Shown in pieces: positions 12,749 through 25,030 of a DNA stretch of 64,000 nucleotides. A program made the position numbers and the translations under genes. The stretch's first letter is position 1; each line of letters opens with the position of its first letter. The notes under the pieces were generated by a model. The model was not told the origin of the DNA and searched no databases. It saw only the letters and a program-made list of their open reading frames with translations. The stretch is from Eledone cirrhosa. Taxonomy: Eukaryota. The DNA is taken from NCBI GenBank assembly GCA_964016885.1, contig OZ024742.1:95976001-96040000 (forward strand). The letters run 5' to 3'.

Positions 12749-12831
12749 ATCATATGACAGATGTGGTATCGGCTATGTAGAATACAAATTAAACTCCTAA
12801 CCGAGGTGATGAATTGGCAGAGTCTTTAGAG

Positions 12832-13368
12832 TGGAGTTTTCCAAACTGCTTTTGACTACCACCCTTTTTTAGAGAATATATTTCATCAGGTGTGAAGTTG
12901 ATAACACATTATACATTGAAAATTAAATTTAGATTTTTATTTCCATTTTATTAAAAAATTTATTGCATAACTAAAGGTGACAGTTTTATGAGCAACTGCT
13001 AATTTGTATTCTTTGCCCAATTCCTCGCTCACCACTTCTTATGCTCCAATGAACCCCGTCCCCCACTTATGTGCCCCTAATAACAATTTTGATACCAATC
13101 TGGCCAAAACCAACTCTAGTTTTATGAAATAAAGCCATACATTTTATGGGGTTTCTTATTTAAAGTGAACTCTTCCAACAAAATTGAATATAAGAACTTT
13201 TTGTTATGTTACAAATACCATCATAATATATAATTTGAGAAAAACACTCCAAATTCTTCATTAATTAATTTAAATGCAGTGACTCATTAGAAATATAGTA
13301 TTGAAAGGGTTAAGGTTCACAGTGCCCCAAAGCACAGTGCACAATAGCACCGATATTGGGAATCATTG
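12832..13368. mobile_element. hAT (Charlie-like) MITE inserted in a SINE and itself containing a family M MITE
   Basis: Degenerate TIRs ..GTTTTCCAAAC / ATTGGGAATCATTG. Imperfect 8-bp TSD CTTTAGAG / CTTAAAAG. SINE head lies to the left (12803-12831) and SINE core to the right (13377-13450). Confidence 0.5.
13080..13313 (+). mobile_element. TTAA/piggyBac-like MITE (family M)
   Basis: TAACAATTTTGATACC ... TTGAAAGGG|TTAA with family M body. Confidence 0.65.
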
Positions 13369-13631
13369 CTTAAAAGTTTTCGAATAAAAGGACTTCTTAC
13401 CTTTGATCTGATTTCAAATGCTACCAAAGGCAAATTTGTCTTTCATCATTACCTTCAGTTACCTGAAAAATGGTAGAAAGCTCCAAGAAGTCTTCTATGA
13501 GATTTTACCTCATAACAGACTGATAGTCCAGTCATGCAACAAGTTGTACTGGGTTACATGTTACCAGCTCTCAAGAATGACCCGATAGATACACATACAT
13601 ATATATATTAAAATATATTTAGTATTTTTGT

Positions 13632-13687
13632 GGAATTAAAATTTTAAAGAAAATTTTCAGCCTGGCCTTCTGTTGTTTTTAATGAGT

Positions 13688-13745
<58 letters not shown>

Positions 13746-13797
13746 TCTTTAAAAATAACAGAAAGCCAGATTGGAAATTTTCTTAAAAATTTTAAAA
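13632..13797. repeat. Inverted repeat (about 55-bp arms) around a (CA)n microsatellite; third direct copy at about 13999-14052
   Basis: AAAATTTTAAAGAAAATTTTCAGCCTGGCCTTCTGTTGTTTTTAATGAGTAT versus ATACTCTTTAAAAATAACAGAAAGCCAGATTGGAAATTTTCTTAAAAATTTT. Confidence 0.8.
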
Positions 13798-14706
13798 CTA
13801 CGAAAAGACATGCATATTTCAATGGCCTGGTTACATCATCCGATCATGATGTAAGACTTAGGCAGTATCATCAAATGTTGTTTGCAAAGTTAGTTATATA
13901 AGACAACAGGACCACAATAAATAGAAAATAGAAAATAAAGGATAGATTTGGTTCAGGGATAGGTTGCCAATTTGGTGTTATTGTAAAATGTTTTCAAGGA
14001 ATTAAAATATTAAAGAAAATTTCCAGTCTGGCTTTCTGTTGTTTTTAATGAATATTTAATTCCAATTCCTGCACCAGCCATGGGATACTACATCTATGAT
14101 GGATGATATGCATGATGTTGAGTGCTTTAATATTTTGCCTTTTTGTTACTAACCAGAATCCCGAATTCTACATTTTGGTGAACAACACAACATAATATAA
14201 AAAATAAATATATATGTTGTTATATTTTAGTATGGTCATGTTGCCAGTATTGCCAATAAAATAAAACACACATGCATCATATGATTTTTAGTTTTCCTTA
14301 TTGCTTGTTATTCATTAATTCATTAAAGTTCTTTCATCACACATTCTGTGACCTCAATCAGTAGCAGTTCTCTTTTGTGCCTCCTCTACTTTTTGGTTTT
14401 AAACTTCTACCATGAAAAACAAAGCAAAAAAGACAAAATGGAGTAGACGTTTAAGACCAGAAAGAACAGGAAACACAAAAGAGAAGAGATAGTCGTTGAG
14501 GAGGTCACAGAATGTGTGACAAAATAATTTTGATGAACTAATAAATAATGAGCAATAAAGTTAAAGTGGAAATCATATGGTGCATGGGTTTCTTTTTTAT
14601 TGGCAATACTGGCAACATAACCATCCCCAAATATAACAATATCAGTTTCAACATACGGTTTCACATAAAAAATCTTGTAAAACAAATAGATAAATGTATA
14701 TATATA

Positions 14707-14955
14707 TCCTCATCATCATCATCATTTAACATCTATGTTACATGCTAGTATGGGTTAGGTGGGATTGTCCCATTAGAGGGAAGTTGGGTCGGGTGACCGT
14801 GTCTCGCTCATATAGGACTGTTTCTGGTTGTTTTTTTACAGCAGGATACCGATACTAATGCCAACCACATCTACAGTGTGTGCTGGGTGCTTTTTGCCAT
14901 GTCTCCTACACAACCACGTTACAGTGTGGGCTGGATGTTTTGTGGTACCAACATA
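14707..14955 (-). mobile_element. RTE-type 3' tail fragment, older, flanked by (TA)n
   Basis: (CAT)n-TTTAACATC...GCTAGTATGGG...CATATAGGACTG, homologous to the 3' UTR at 47000-47311. Confidence 0.7.
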
Positions 14956-15447
14956 ATATATATATATATATATGATGATGATGATGATATATATTTATAT
15001 ATATCACGATGATGATATATATATATAATATATTACAACATTGGCATTACACAGATACTTTGTTGGGTTTAACACCAACTCATTCAGTCTGTATATAAAG
15101 GACCCACACATATATAAAGCATCCACACATATCCATAATATGGTTGTGCTGGGGCCAGAAAAAGAGCTTCCGGTACACACTGTAAAGCAGTTGCAAATGA
15201 AAATGAGATTCAGTCATAGAATATGCAGTCAAAAGTGGAATGTATGAGCAACATATGGTCACCTGTCTGGCCTCTGAATATGATATTTCGTCTAACCCAT
15301 GCACACATTAAAAGTAGATGTTACACTGTCATGATGAGGATGATATATGGCCTGGTCCACTTTTTTCTATCTCCAGGGTTACTTTACTTGATTGATACTA
15401 CTATTAATTTAAAGCTTATCTGCATTGTGGCAGCTTGCAAATAGCAA

Positions 15448-15452
<5 letters not shown>

Positions 15453-15516
<64 letters not shown>

Positions 15517-15524
15517 CGTGTGTG
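15453..15524. repeat. (TA)n(TG)n compound microsatellite
   Basis: Directly visible. Confidence 0.95.
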
Positions 15525-16084
15525 AATGCATATGTTTGCTTGTATGTAAGCTTAAAGATAAATTTAGGTATGGACCCGTGCATGAGCATTTATGTGTGTA
15601 TATAGTAACAGCAGTACTCAACCATAAACATTTACCATCCTTTTCTTTCCTTTATTCCCCGACACTTCCCTCAGTCATATCACATCCATCAGTTCCACTT
15701 CCATTCAGTTAAACCAAAATAATGACATTCCTACACCCAACTTGCACATACATTCATACAAATATCCCCACTCAGCTGACTCCTTTGCTTGGTGAGGGTG
15801 GAGAGATGGAATCTCACTTCCTCACACATACATTTAAATTGAATTATATACTTTCCTACTTTAACACCCTTTATAGTTCATTATTTCCCCAAATCTCAAC
15901 ATCCACCTGAGGATTTGCACTTCAGAAAGACAGAACAAGCTAACAAAAGAGTGTGACAACCTTTTATTGGTTGATTTTTGCTGATACCATTTGTCACAAT
16001 ATGTATGTTTATATAAATATGTAGACATGATACATTCATGCACACACACATACAAGTAACTTAAAATGATATAGAACATATAAT

Positions 16085-16265
16085 TGTTTCTACTTTTGGC
16101 GCAAGGCCAGCAATTACCCAGTGCATTACTGGTACTTCTTTTATCGACCCCGTAAGGATGAAAGGTAAAGTTAACCTCGGCGGGATTTGAACTCAGAATG
16201 GCAAAGGCCGTAATGCGTCAAAGCATGGCATCCAACCCTCTACCGATACTGCCAATCCACCGCCC
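16085..16265 (-). mobile_element. SINE family A, full length
   Basis: 14-bp TSD ATAGAACATATAAT at 16071-16084 and 16272-16285. Confidence 0.9.
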
Positions 16266-16399
16266 ATTGAGATAGAACATATAATAGTAAAGAAATTTAT
16301 GTAACATAAAGGATTAGTTATATGAGATAATTTGCTTGGTAACATTCTCTGTTAAACTTTAAATCTTTTAATACTAAACCACCTAAATTGTTCTTGGTT

Positions 16400-17672
16400 A
16401 TCATCATCATCGTTTAACGTACATCTTCTGCGCTAGCATGGGTTTGGACGGGAATTTTCGCACTTGAGGCAAGATTGGTCGTCTTGCTCATATAGGACTG
16501 TTTGGCAGGTTTTCTACGGCTGGATGCCCTTCCTAACACCAACCACCTTTACAGTGTGGACTGGGAGGTTTTTACCGTGTTACCTACACGGCCACATTAC
16601 AGCGTGGATTGTGTGTTTTTTTGTCGTGACACCTACACGACCTCATTTATTTAGGACTGGATGTTGTGGTACCAACATAGCTTTACATCGAAAGGGGTGA
16701 TTTGGATAGGGTGGGGGTAGTGGGACGGGGGTGTATTTTTGTTAAGAGGTGCCTACTGACAGTAGGTTTCGCTTTGTACTTAGGCAAGGCAGGTCTTCTG
16801 TATTACTGCGTAGCACCAAAAAGATCTCGGTCCAGTGACATTGTCTTGGAGAGGTGTAAGTGTGTGAGGTTGGAATTTATCAAGTCGTCTCAGGTTTTTC
16901 TGGGTCTGCCTACTCCGTGGCTACCGTCTATTTTGATCGCCCTGCACTTTTTTATACAGCTGTCGTGTTTCATGCACATCACGTGACCGTACCAACGTAG
17001 TCTTCTCTCGAGTAAACAACATCTGATCCCTCTTATTCCTAATTTCTCACTTAATTCATTTATGCTTTGCCGTTCACGTATATTACTATTACACATCCAG
17101 CGGAGCATGCAAGCTTCGTTTCTCTCCAGTCTGCGTATATCCTCTGCACACAATGCCCAGGTCTCACTGCCATGTAACATTGCTGTTCGTATGCAGGCAT
17201 CATACAGCCTGCCTTTCATTTTTAGAGAGAAACCTTTAGCGGCCAATAGTGGTATAAGCTCTCTGAACTTTTTCCATCCCGTTCTGACTCTAGCTACTTT
17301 CAGAGCACCCTCCCCCACTGCTGATTTTTTCACTCAGGTAACGGAAGGTGTCCACTATTTCTATAGAACCATCTGTGCAATGGAATGAGCTAGTATTCTG
17401 TGGGCACTTGCTGCTACTTATTGCACCTGAGCACCGGCCACATATAAAATCTATATTCTTAGTTAGCTTACCTGTGATCCCACTACATCTTTTATGCACC
17501 CATACTTTGCATCTTGGACATAAAATGGAGTTTCTGCCTACTCCTTTCCTACACACTGAGCACAGCCATTTCCCAGATGGGACCAGTGCCCTATTTTGCT
17601 TCCTACATACTAGAACTTTAGTCCTAGACAGGTTAATTTTAAGGCCTTTTGATTCTAGGCCATGCTTCCATG
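16400..17672 (-). mobile_element. 5'-truncated RTE LINE (PHD-bearing family) with complete 3' UTR and (GAT)n tail
   Basis: ORFs 17290-17811 and 16890-17333 closely match the C-terminal part of the 45604-46914 protein. A 5-bp deletion (ACAGT) near 17296 shifts the frame. Confidence 0.92.
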
Positions 17673-18650
17673 TGAAATGATGATCGTAATGATGGTGGCA
17701 ATGCTTATTGATATAAGTAATTGGATTTCGATGATACATCTTCTGTCGATGAGCATACACTATAGGTCTCATGCCTCCATCAGCTAAACAAAGACAACTT
17801 GTTAATCTCATAGGTTGTTAACTAGATAAAGCAAAGCAATGTTAGAATCTTAATATTGTTCTCAGTATATAATGAAGTAGTTGATAGATGGGTAATGTCA
17901 ATGGATGATGAATAATGGATTGATAAACAATCTATAAATATTGATGATGATGATTGATATCCTATTGGTTTCAATGATAATCATTCAGCTATTGACATCC
18001 AACTTTACATCCAACTCATCAATTAAAGTGTAAATGATTATTTCACAGACACAGCTACCCTTAATGTAATTCGCAGAAAGTTTTAGCCTGGCCTTGAATT
18101 ACAGGTATAATCCATCTAATGGGCTTCCATAGCATCTCTGTCTACCTAATTTCTTTCACGAGCAAGGCATGGTCAGCCGACCAGACACTGCCCACAACAG
18201 GACAACCCGTCTAACCCATGCTAGCGTGGAAGAACGGAGTAAAACGGTGATGATGATGATGAGGAAGGCTTAGGTTGAGCCAAGGTTCTGTGGAATTGAA
18301 ATCAGGACCTTATGTTTGCAAAGAAAACTTCTTAACCAATCAATCAACCTACAGTCCAATGGATTTTATGGTCTTTTAAAATATTTGCTGTGGCAGTTCA
18401 TTTTATTTATTCCACTTCTGTTGGTTCATAAATCACTCCTACTAATTCTAGTATATTCCCTCTACACACATGCATACATTCCCTCACACACATATATACA
18501 CAGATAATCAACTCGACTAACATAGAGACACAATACTACACATAGATATATACCACATCTAATCACTATCTGAATAAATTATTACACACCCATCCTCAAT
18601 TTAGTAATGCCTTCATTTATTCTACACCTCTGTTTTCTATTTTATATATA

Positions 18651-19223
18651 CTAGCAGAAAAAACATTCTTCGGATGGTTTTCTGCTAGCATGTGTAGTGT
18701 GCATATTATACGCATGTAGATATGATACATCAAATAAAATTATAATTGACAATAGACACAGAAATTAAACGGAGACTGCATTACACTCTCTTCTGCAATC
18801 AGTAAAGTAATCCATGATACATTAAAAAAAGACGATATTGTATATAAACCGCATTAGTAGAAAATTAGTAATGAAAATATATGAATGTTTATTTAAGCGA
18901 TCGCTATTCGGAAGTGTTGACAATTGAAAATTTTAAAGAAGTGAATCTTTAAATAAGCAATAAACTATATCTAATCAAGAATCACAAAATTTAGTAGATA
19001 AATTAGGTAATATTTATTCATTATTTATTCAAAAGGTTAACTTTGCCTTTCATCCTTACGGGATCGATAAAATAAAGTACCAGTAATGTACTGGGTAATT
19101 GCTGGCCTTGTGCCTAAAGTAGAAACAATTATTTATTCAAAGTAATCAAACTTATTCTACTAACTGGATTAAAGGAAATAAACTGTATTCAGTCCCGCAC
19201 TCCTTACTTTATTATAGTTTAGA
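18651..19223 (-). mobile_element. Complete non-autonomous Helitron, interrupted by a SINE
   Basis: Minus strand begins A|TCTAAACTATAATAAAG and ends hairpin-CTAG|T. No TSD, inserted between A and T. 3' part homologous to 130-349. Confidence 0.8.
19034..19127 (+). mobile_element. 5'-truncated SINE family A inside the Helitron
   Basis: 14-bp TSD ATTATTTATTCAAA at 19020-19033 and 19128-19141. Confidence 0.9.
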
Positions 19224-19502
19224 TATATAATTATATATGTGTGTAACTATAGTTATAGGCAGTTTGTAAGTTGAAGCACTCAATACGGTTATGAGCTTTC
19301 ATCTTGTGTAGGGTTTATACTTCAGTTTCAATGTGTTCTGAGCCTACAAATGCATATCTGATGAGATAACAGTGGAAATATGTACAATTGAATTTAAATA
19401 TGTTGCTTGCTTTGTAAAACAAAACAATTTTTACCCATTGCTTGTCCAGGAGATAATTTTGATTTGGCAATTTTTTCTGAAAATAATCCGTTTCTTTTAG
19501 AA

Positions 19503-19850
19503 TTAACATTTGCCTCTAATTTGTGCATTGAAGTCTCCTCCAATAATTAGTATCGCATGTGGGGGTACTTCAGAAAAAATTGTACTCAGTTGTTGGTAAA
19601 ACTGCTGTGACAATCCAGTCATTGACCTTTGTAAGGAGAGGAAGCAGGTGTGTTTGTATGTCAAACCAACTTCTTGAATTGAAGTGGTGATGTCAATTGT
19701 TGATGCTGATGCAGTAAATAAAGTACCTTTGCTGATGTTATGGGCAATTATCTCAAACGTTTTCTTTGTTGATAAATGTATGTTCTTGAATACATACAAT
19801 CACAATGTTGTAGGTGTTGCTAAGCTTGTTGAGCTCCTTACAGGAAAAGT
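19503..19850 (-). pseudogene. LINE APE-endonuclease fragment (RTE-like)
   Basis: QQFYQQLSTIFSEVPPHAILIIGGDFNAQI contains the FY..L...GDFNA motif of RTE-type apurinic endonucleases. Confidence 0.7.
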
Positions 19851-21459
19851 AGGATGTGAGTGAGCAGCAGTTTAAAGAGCTCAAAGGTATATGGTGTCTT
19901 TGGTCAAGATAGACCCCTCTTAATTCTGAAATTGGAGGATGTTTGTCCAGTTGGGTTTAGAGTATCATCTTCATAGGGAGAAATTGAGCCTTTTTCAGGA
20001 CCATGGAGAGACAGAAAATCACAAGCTCTAACTCTGGATCTGTTTGTACCTGTCATGTTTTAAATTAGCAGAATATACTGTGATGATTTGCCAGGAATGT
20101 CACAGGTGCAGTGTCCTATTGATGGAGGCAGAGTTCCCCAACCATCATCCTGATAATTGGTTCCTCCAAACAAGCACTAACAAATGAAATAGCAATTTAT
20201 CATTTCCGGCACAATCACCATTCCTCTTTCCCAAATGAATTTTTGTGTAACCCTGTACAGGTGACTGTCAGATGCTATGCCATGCCAAAGGGTAACATGG
20301 AATATGGTCCAGGACTGTTTATTCAATATATTCGCAGCTAATCTTCACATCTGAAGGTTGTGTTGTTATTTCTGTTTACCTTTTACATACATATATAAAT
20401 ATATACATATATATTTATTCATATTCTTATAATATGACCATGGTGTTTCTCATCAGGGAATATATACATATAAATGTGTATGTGCCTCTATGTTGTTTAG
20501 TTTATCTTAGCCCACATTATTAAGCCTATGCTTCAGAACTTCTTTCATACAGAAGTATATTAATGATTCCTCATAACTCTTGAGCGTTTTACCTATTTGA
20601 AGGGGGAAATGAGACAGCTTGGTAGAAATTGGCACTATATGTGCTGTAACAATATAGACATTTTTTATTAGCTCTTAACAGGTTGTAACACATCAATATT
20701 ATCAAGACATTAAAAATATATAAAACAGTGCTATGATTGCATCACATTAACAGTTAAAGTCTTTGCTATAGACTTTGAAAATAATGTCGACAAATAATGA
20801 TATTGTAAACATTTGAATTAACCAACCCAAATTTATATATTTTCTGCTAAATTATTTAAGGATGTTAAGGTCTCCTGCTAAATACTCAAGAATAATCTTT
20901 CATTAGAAATATGACAAGGAAAAAAATGAAATGTTCAAGAATGAGAAAAAGTCAGATAGAAGACATTCATTTCTCATAGGAATGAAACCATTTTAGAATA
21001 TATGACCCTCCACATCTTTTTCATTTTTATTTGCATTCCATGAATTTGAAATAAAATTACAGGATGTTTGTGGCAGATTGATTGTGTGACAAATGGACAA
21101 AAATACTCTATATTTATTAAAATATTGATAGTCAAAGACATGCCAGCATAGGAAAACAGACATTAAATGTTTATGATGGTGATTATCAAGCCTATATCTA
21201 ACTTGTTTCATTAGACATTTAGAAAAATAAAATAAATCTTCATAGAAGTAACTCAAATAACAATATTCAGTTTATCAAAACTATTCTCAGAAGAATCATT
21301 AAAATTACACATAGAGGAAGATTCCTCAATAATTACAATTTTCAATTATATATTTTTATCATCCAACCAAAATGTTACATGTATGATTAAACATTTTAAA
21401 GAAACAAAGATTCAATCCGCAGTTAATCTTCCTATTTTTGTTAAGGTTTCATTATAAAT

Positions 21460-23035
21460 AATGGTTTGTAATTTAGGCAGAAGGTCAGCAATTTTAGGGA
21501 TGGGAGGGAAAACTGATTAACTCTTTTATGACTGTATCTCAATGAGATACACATTTTCAATTAATTAATGAAGAATTTTGAAGGATTTACTCAAATCATT
21601 AATTATTTTGTTACTAAAATGATAACGTTGTGGATGTTATATAAAATTATAATAAAATAATAATGAAATTATTGTGTACAGTGCTCAGGTGCACTACAAC
21701 TCATCAAAGATGCATGTATAGTACATAGAATAATGTACAAATGTCAGGATAATGAACAGTGCACAAGTCGTGAAATACATGTGTGCATGTGTATGGAGGG
21801 GGGATATCAGGTATCACGCAACTCTGAGCGTGAAAAAATGTTTCTGAAAGTCGTAGGAGCTGTTTTGTTTTCTGACTTTGCTGGCATGCCCATATGTGTT
21901 AGACACATGGAAATCAAAAAGGTGTTCAGGGTTGTTGTTGGCAAGATGGTTAATAATTTTGTGGGTGTTTACCAAATCAGTTGCCAGATGTCGGATCTTC
22001 AATGTATCCATGCCCAGGGAAGCAAGGCGTTCAGAGTATGGTAGATGCTTGATGGAGGATATTTGCTTGGTTGCACGTCTCTGAACAGTTTCCAGGCGGT
22101 CAATGTTCTGAGCAAGATAGGGGTTCCAGACTGGTCATGCAAATTCTAAGTATGGCCATACCATAGCTGTATACAGCTTTAAATAGATAGCTGGAGAGTG
22201 GCTGACAAAGGTCTTGCTGAGTGATGCTAAGACACCCTCGGCCTTCTTGACAATTTTAGAGACATGCTTCATCCAATGCAAATCGCTGCTGACAGTAATG
22301 CCCAGGTCACGTTCACAAGATGACTTCTTGATATTAGTATTGTGGAGGGATTGAAAGCTTTAGCAAAGTTAAGGTAAACAACATCTACCCATGAGCCACC
22401 ATCAGTGATCCAGGTGATGTCTTCAAGAAACTCGATAAGTTGATCACAGCAGCTGGAATTAGGGATAAATCCAAATTGCGAGGGCCGGATAAGACTGTGA
22501 GAGTTCCAGAAGTTCCGAAGTGTTTCTCTAACACAGGATTCCATCAGTTTGGCAGGTATGTGCAGTCACCCTTTTTGAACAGAGAAATGACACTGGCAGT
22601 TTTCCACTGCTCTGGAGTAGCACTGTTGTTCAGACAGAGTTGGAAGAAGCGTGATAGCTGGTGCAGAAGGAAGTACCCACCACGTTTGAGAAGCAGGTAC
22701 GTAACACCATCAAGACCAGGAGAGGCATGGTTACGTTTATTTTTAAGGTGACGTCTCAGCATTACAGGTGTAAATTCCATAGTTGTAATAGAATCCGATG
22801 TCAGAGGTGGTGGAGATGGTACACTCTGTGGAAGGTATTGATTTAAATAGGGACCCTTTAAAATGGCAGGGGTTGTTTCAGAGAACCACAACCAGTTTAA
22901 GGTTGGTTGGTATCAGAAAGGTTGAAATGACCCTAGTACTTGACTGGTACTTTATTTTATCAATGCTGGAAGGATAAAAGGCAAAGATTAATTCAGGAAA
23001 TAAATAGCCATTTGGTCTGATGCTCTAACGATTCT
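21460..23035 (-). mobile_element. SINE family A (long subfamily) split by a family M MITE (21521-22921) that is split by a CR1
   Basis: SINE 3' part 21460-21520 ends GATTAA. The SINE resumes at 22922 TTGA-AATGACCCTAGTACTTGACTGGTAC. MITE termini CTCTTTTATGAC.. and ..GGTATCAGAAAGG sit just inside. Confidence 0.7.
21665..22892 (-). mobile_element. 5'-truncated, decayed CR1-clade LINE (RT + C-terminus)
   Basis: ASPGLDGV...PEQWKTASVISLFKKGD; PSQFGF...SCCDQL...VDVVYLNFAKAF; MDTLKIRHLATDL...GHASK...KHFFTLRV. Confidence 0.85.
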
Positions 23036-23069
23036 ACTTATATATATATGCCCTTAGATTCATTATAAA

Positions 23070-23285
23070 ACAGTTTTCTCATTGAGTCACAAGGCCAGTA
23101 ATTTCAGGGCTGAGGAACGTCGATAATATCCACCATAGTACATGACTGGTGTTTTCTTTTATTGACCCCAAAAGGATGAAAAGAGAAGTTAACTTTGGCA
23201 GAGTTTGACCTCAAAATATAGAGGGTCAGAAGTAATACTAAAAATATTTTTATTTGATGCTCTAAAGACCCTATCAATCCACCAA
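23070..23285 (-). mobile_element. SINE family A, old copy
   Basis: CACAAGGCCAGTAATT...GACTGGT...GACCCCAAAAGGATGAAA...TCAATCCACC. Confidence 0.7.
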
Positions 23286-24377
23286 ACTTAGATTCATTAT
23301 AAATAATAAATATTCATTGGGACATGTAAACATCACATCAATTTTACACGATACTGCAATACAATGAATTGTCTGTATAAAACTTGACTATAAACACATT
23401 TGTTTAAAAGTTAATTGTATAAAAACAAAACCATATAGAGAGACATAAGAAGCTGCATAAAAGAAGATAATTAAAGAATCAAATAAATTTATTGAATCAT
23501 AAGACTACAATGGTGTTCTTAATTTAGAATGTTGTGTATGATGTGTGATAAAAAGAAGAAAGAGCTTTGATTGAACACTTACTGTAATAAGAGTGTCGTA
23601 CTGTAATGTTATTAGAAAATAAACTTTTATTTCTTTGTTCTAAGAAAATGTCTTCAGAAAGAAGTTTGCTTTGCTGTGTCTAATTGGAAAAATGCAATTG
23701 TTTTTAGCTTAACACGATATGTAGAGATCTGGACACATACATACATACATACATACATACATACATAGACACATACATATATAATCATTTCTACCAGGCA
23801 TCTACACAGAAAATAAAAATGTTTGCATACACACAGAAATGCACAAACACACATACATATAAATATATAGCCACAGGCTTAGCCATGTGGTTAAAGAGTT
23901 CACTTTGCAAGCATAGGGTTCCATATTCAAATCCCCTGTACAGCAACTTGAATAAGATTGAGGTTGCCCAATAAATTGTGAGTAACATTTTGTAAGCACA
24001 CACTGTGGAAGGTCATCATATGTATATATACACACGTGTGTGTGTGTGTATATGTATGTATCATCATCATCACTGTTTTATGTCTATATTTCCAGACTAG
24101 CATGGGTTAGATGAGTTTTCCTGATGTGGGCAATGTCAGGTCAGGTGACCATGTCTTACCCACACAGAGCTGATTTGTATGTTTATATATATATATTTGT
24201 TTATTATATATATGTTGATGTGTATTTGTTTGTAGTTTTGATGAAAGTAAACTATACATCTAGATGTATCCTTCTATAAAAAGTAATTTAACCATTCAGC
24301 CATTAAAGTAAACTCAGTAAGCTGAGAACCAGACAGAAATAATTACTAGAAACAATAAAAAAAAAAGGCTAAAATAT

Positions 24378-24600
24378 TTAACCGTTTCATGAAAGACACT
24401 GACTATGATTTTAAATTAATTTTGAAAATAAACAACAATTTGGAGGATTTAGTAATATAACTAAATTTCCCATTAGATATCTTGCCTTAACATTTCTTGC
24501 ATAAAATTGTAATGGAGGATTTTTAGATAAATATAAACACTTTAAAATAAACAGCTTACTATTATAGAATCAGGAGTGGCTTCAGACACTTTGGTATAAA
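24378..24600 (-). mobile_element. TTAA/piggyBac-like MITE (family M)
   Basis: Starts TTAA|CCGTTTC; body is the reverse complement of 33064-33317. Confidence 0.6.
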
Positions 24601-24624
24601 AAAAATACAATTTTTAATAGTAAT

Positions 24625-25030
24625 AATATGAGTATGTGAAGATGGCGCATTGTAGTGATGACATTAGTACACTATGTACATGAACAGCAACACATAGATG
24701 GGTTGAAAAAAAAACTGTGCATAAGAGGTATTTGATGCACTGTGCAGGAGAGATGATTTGCATTTGTAAAGATATGAACTGCATATAAATGATGTTCATT
24801 GCATGAATACATGTCAGATGTAAGAACTTTACATTAGAAAGAAACCACAAGAGAAGAAGACAAAGAAAAATGTGGGTAGAAGTTTTGAAATCTGTTCTTA
24901 GGGTACTAAATCTCAGAATGGAGATGACAGAGGAAAGAGAAAAACATGAGGGAAGTTGTACTGGAGAGAGTTCATCTAACCCACGCAATCATGAAAAAAA
25001 TGGATGTAAAAAGAGGATAATGTTGATGAT
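24625..25030 (+). mobile_element. Old RTE LINE 3' remnant
   Basis: Decayed thumb/C-terminal region and tail ..TCTAACCCACGCAATCATGAAAAAAATGGATGTAAAA..GATGATA. Confidence 0.6.

Larger units (their letters stand above)
10250..12800 (+). repeat. Degenerate 122-bp tandem repeat, about 8 units, broken up by TE insertions
   Basis: Anchor CTATTTAAGAC(T) or variants at 10269, 10391, 11028, 11150, 11272 (122-bp spacing within runs), 11842, 12452; partial unit at about 12760-12800. Confidence 0.8.

Noticed and set aside
10250-12800. CRISPR-like array
   Set aside because: The whole 122-bp unit is homologous between copies (no unique spacers), the context is eukaryotic and there are no cas genes.
130-18855. 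One giant 18.7-kb element bounded by long terminal inverted repeats
   Set aside because: The inverted homology is explained by two Helitron copies in opposite orientation, the second having its own complete termini.
23654-23728. Possible minus-strand terminal exon ISTYRVKLKTIAFFQLDTAKQTSF*
   Set aside because: The acceptor lies in a (TATG)n repeat without a pyrimidine tract; no recognisable homology or upstream exons.
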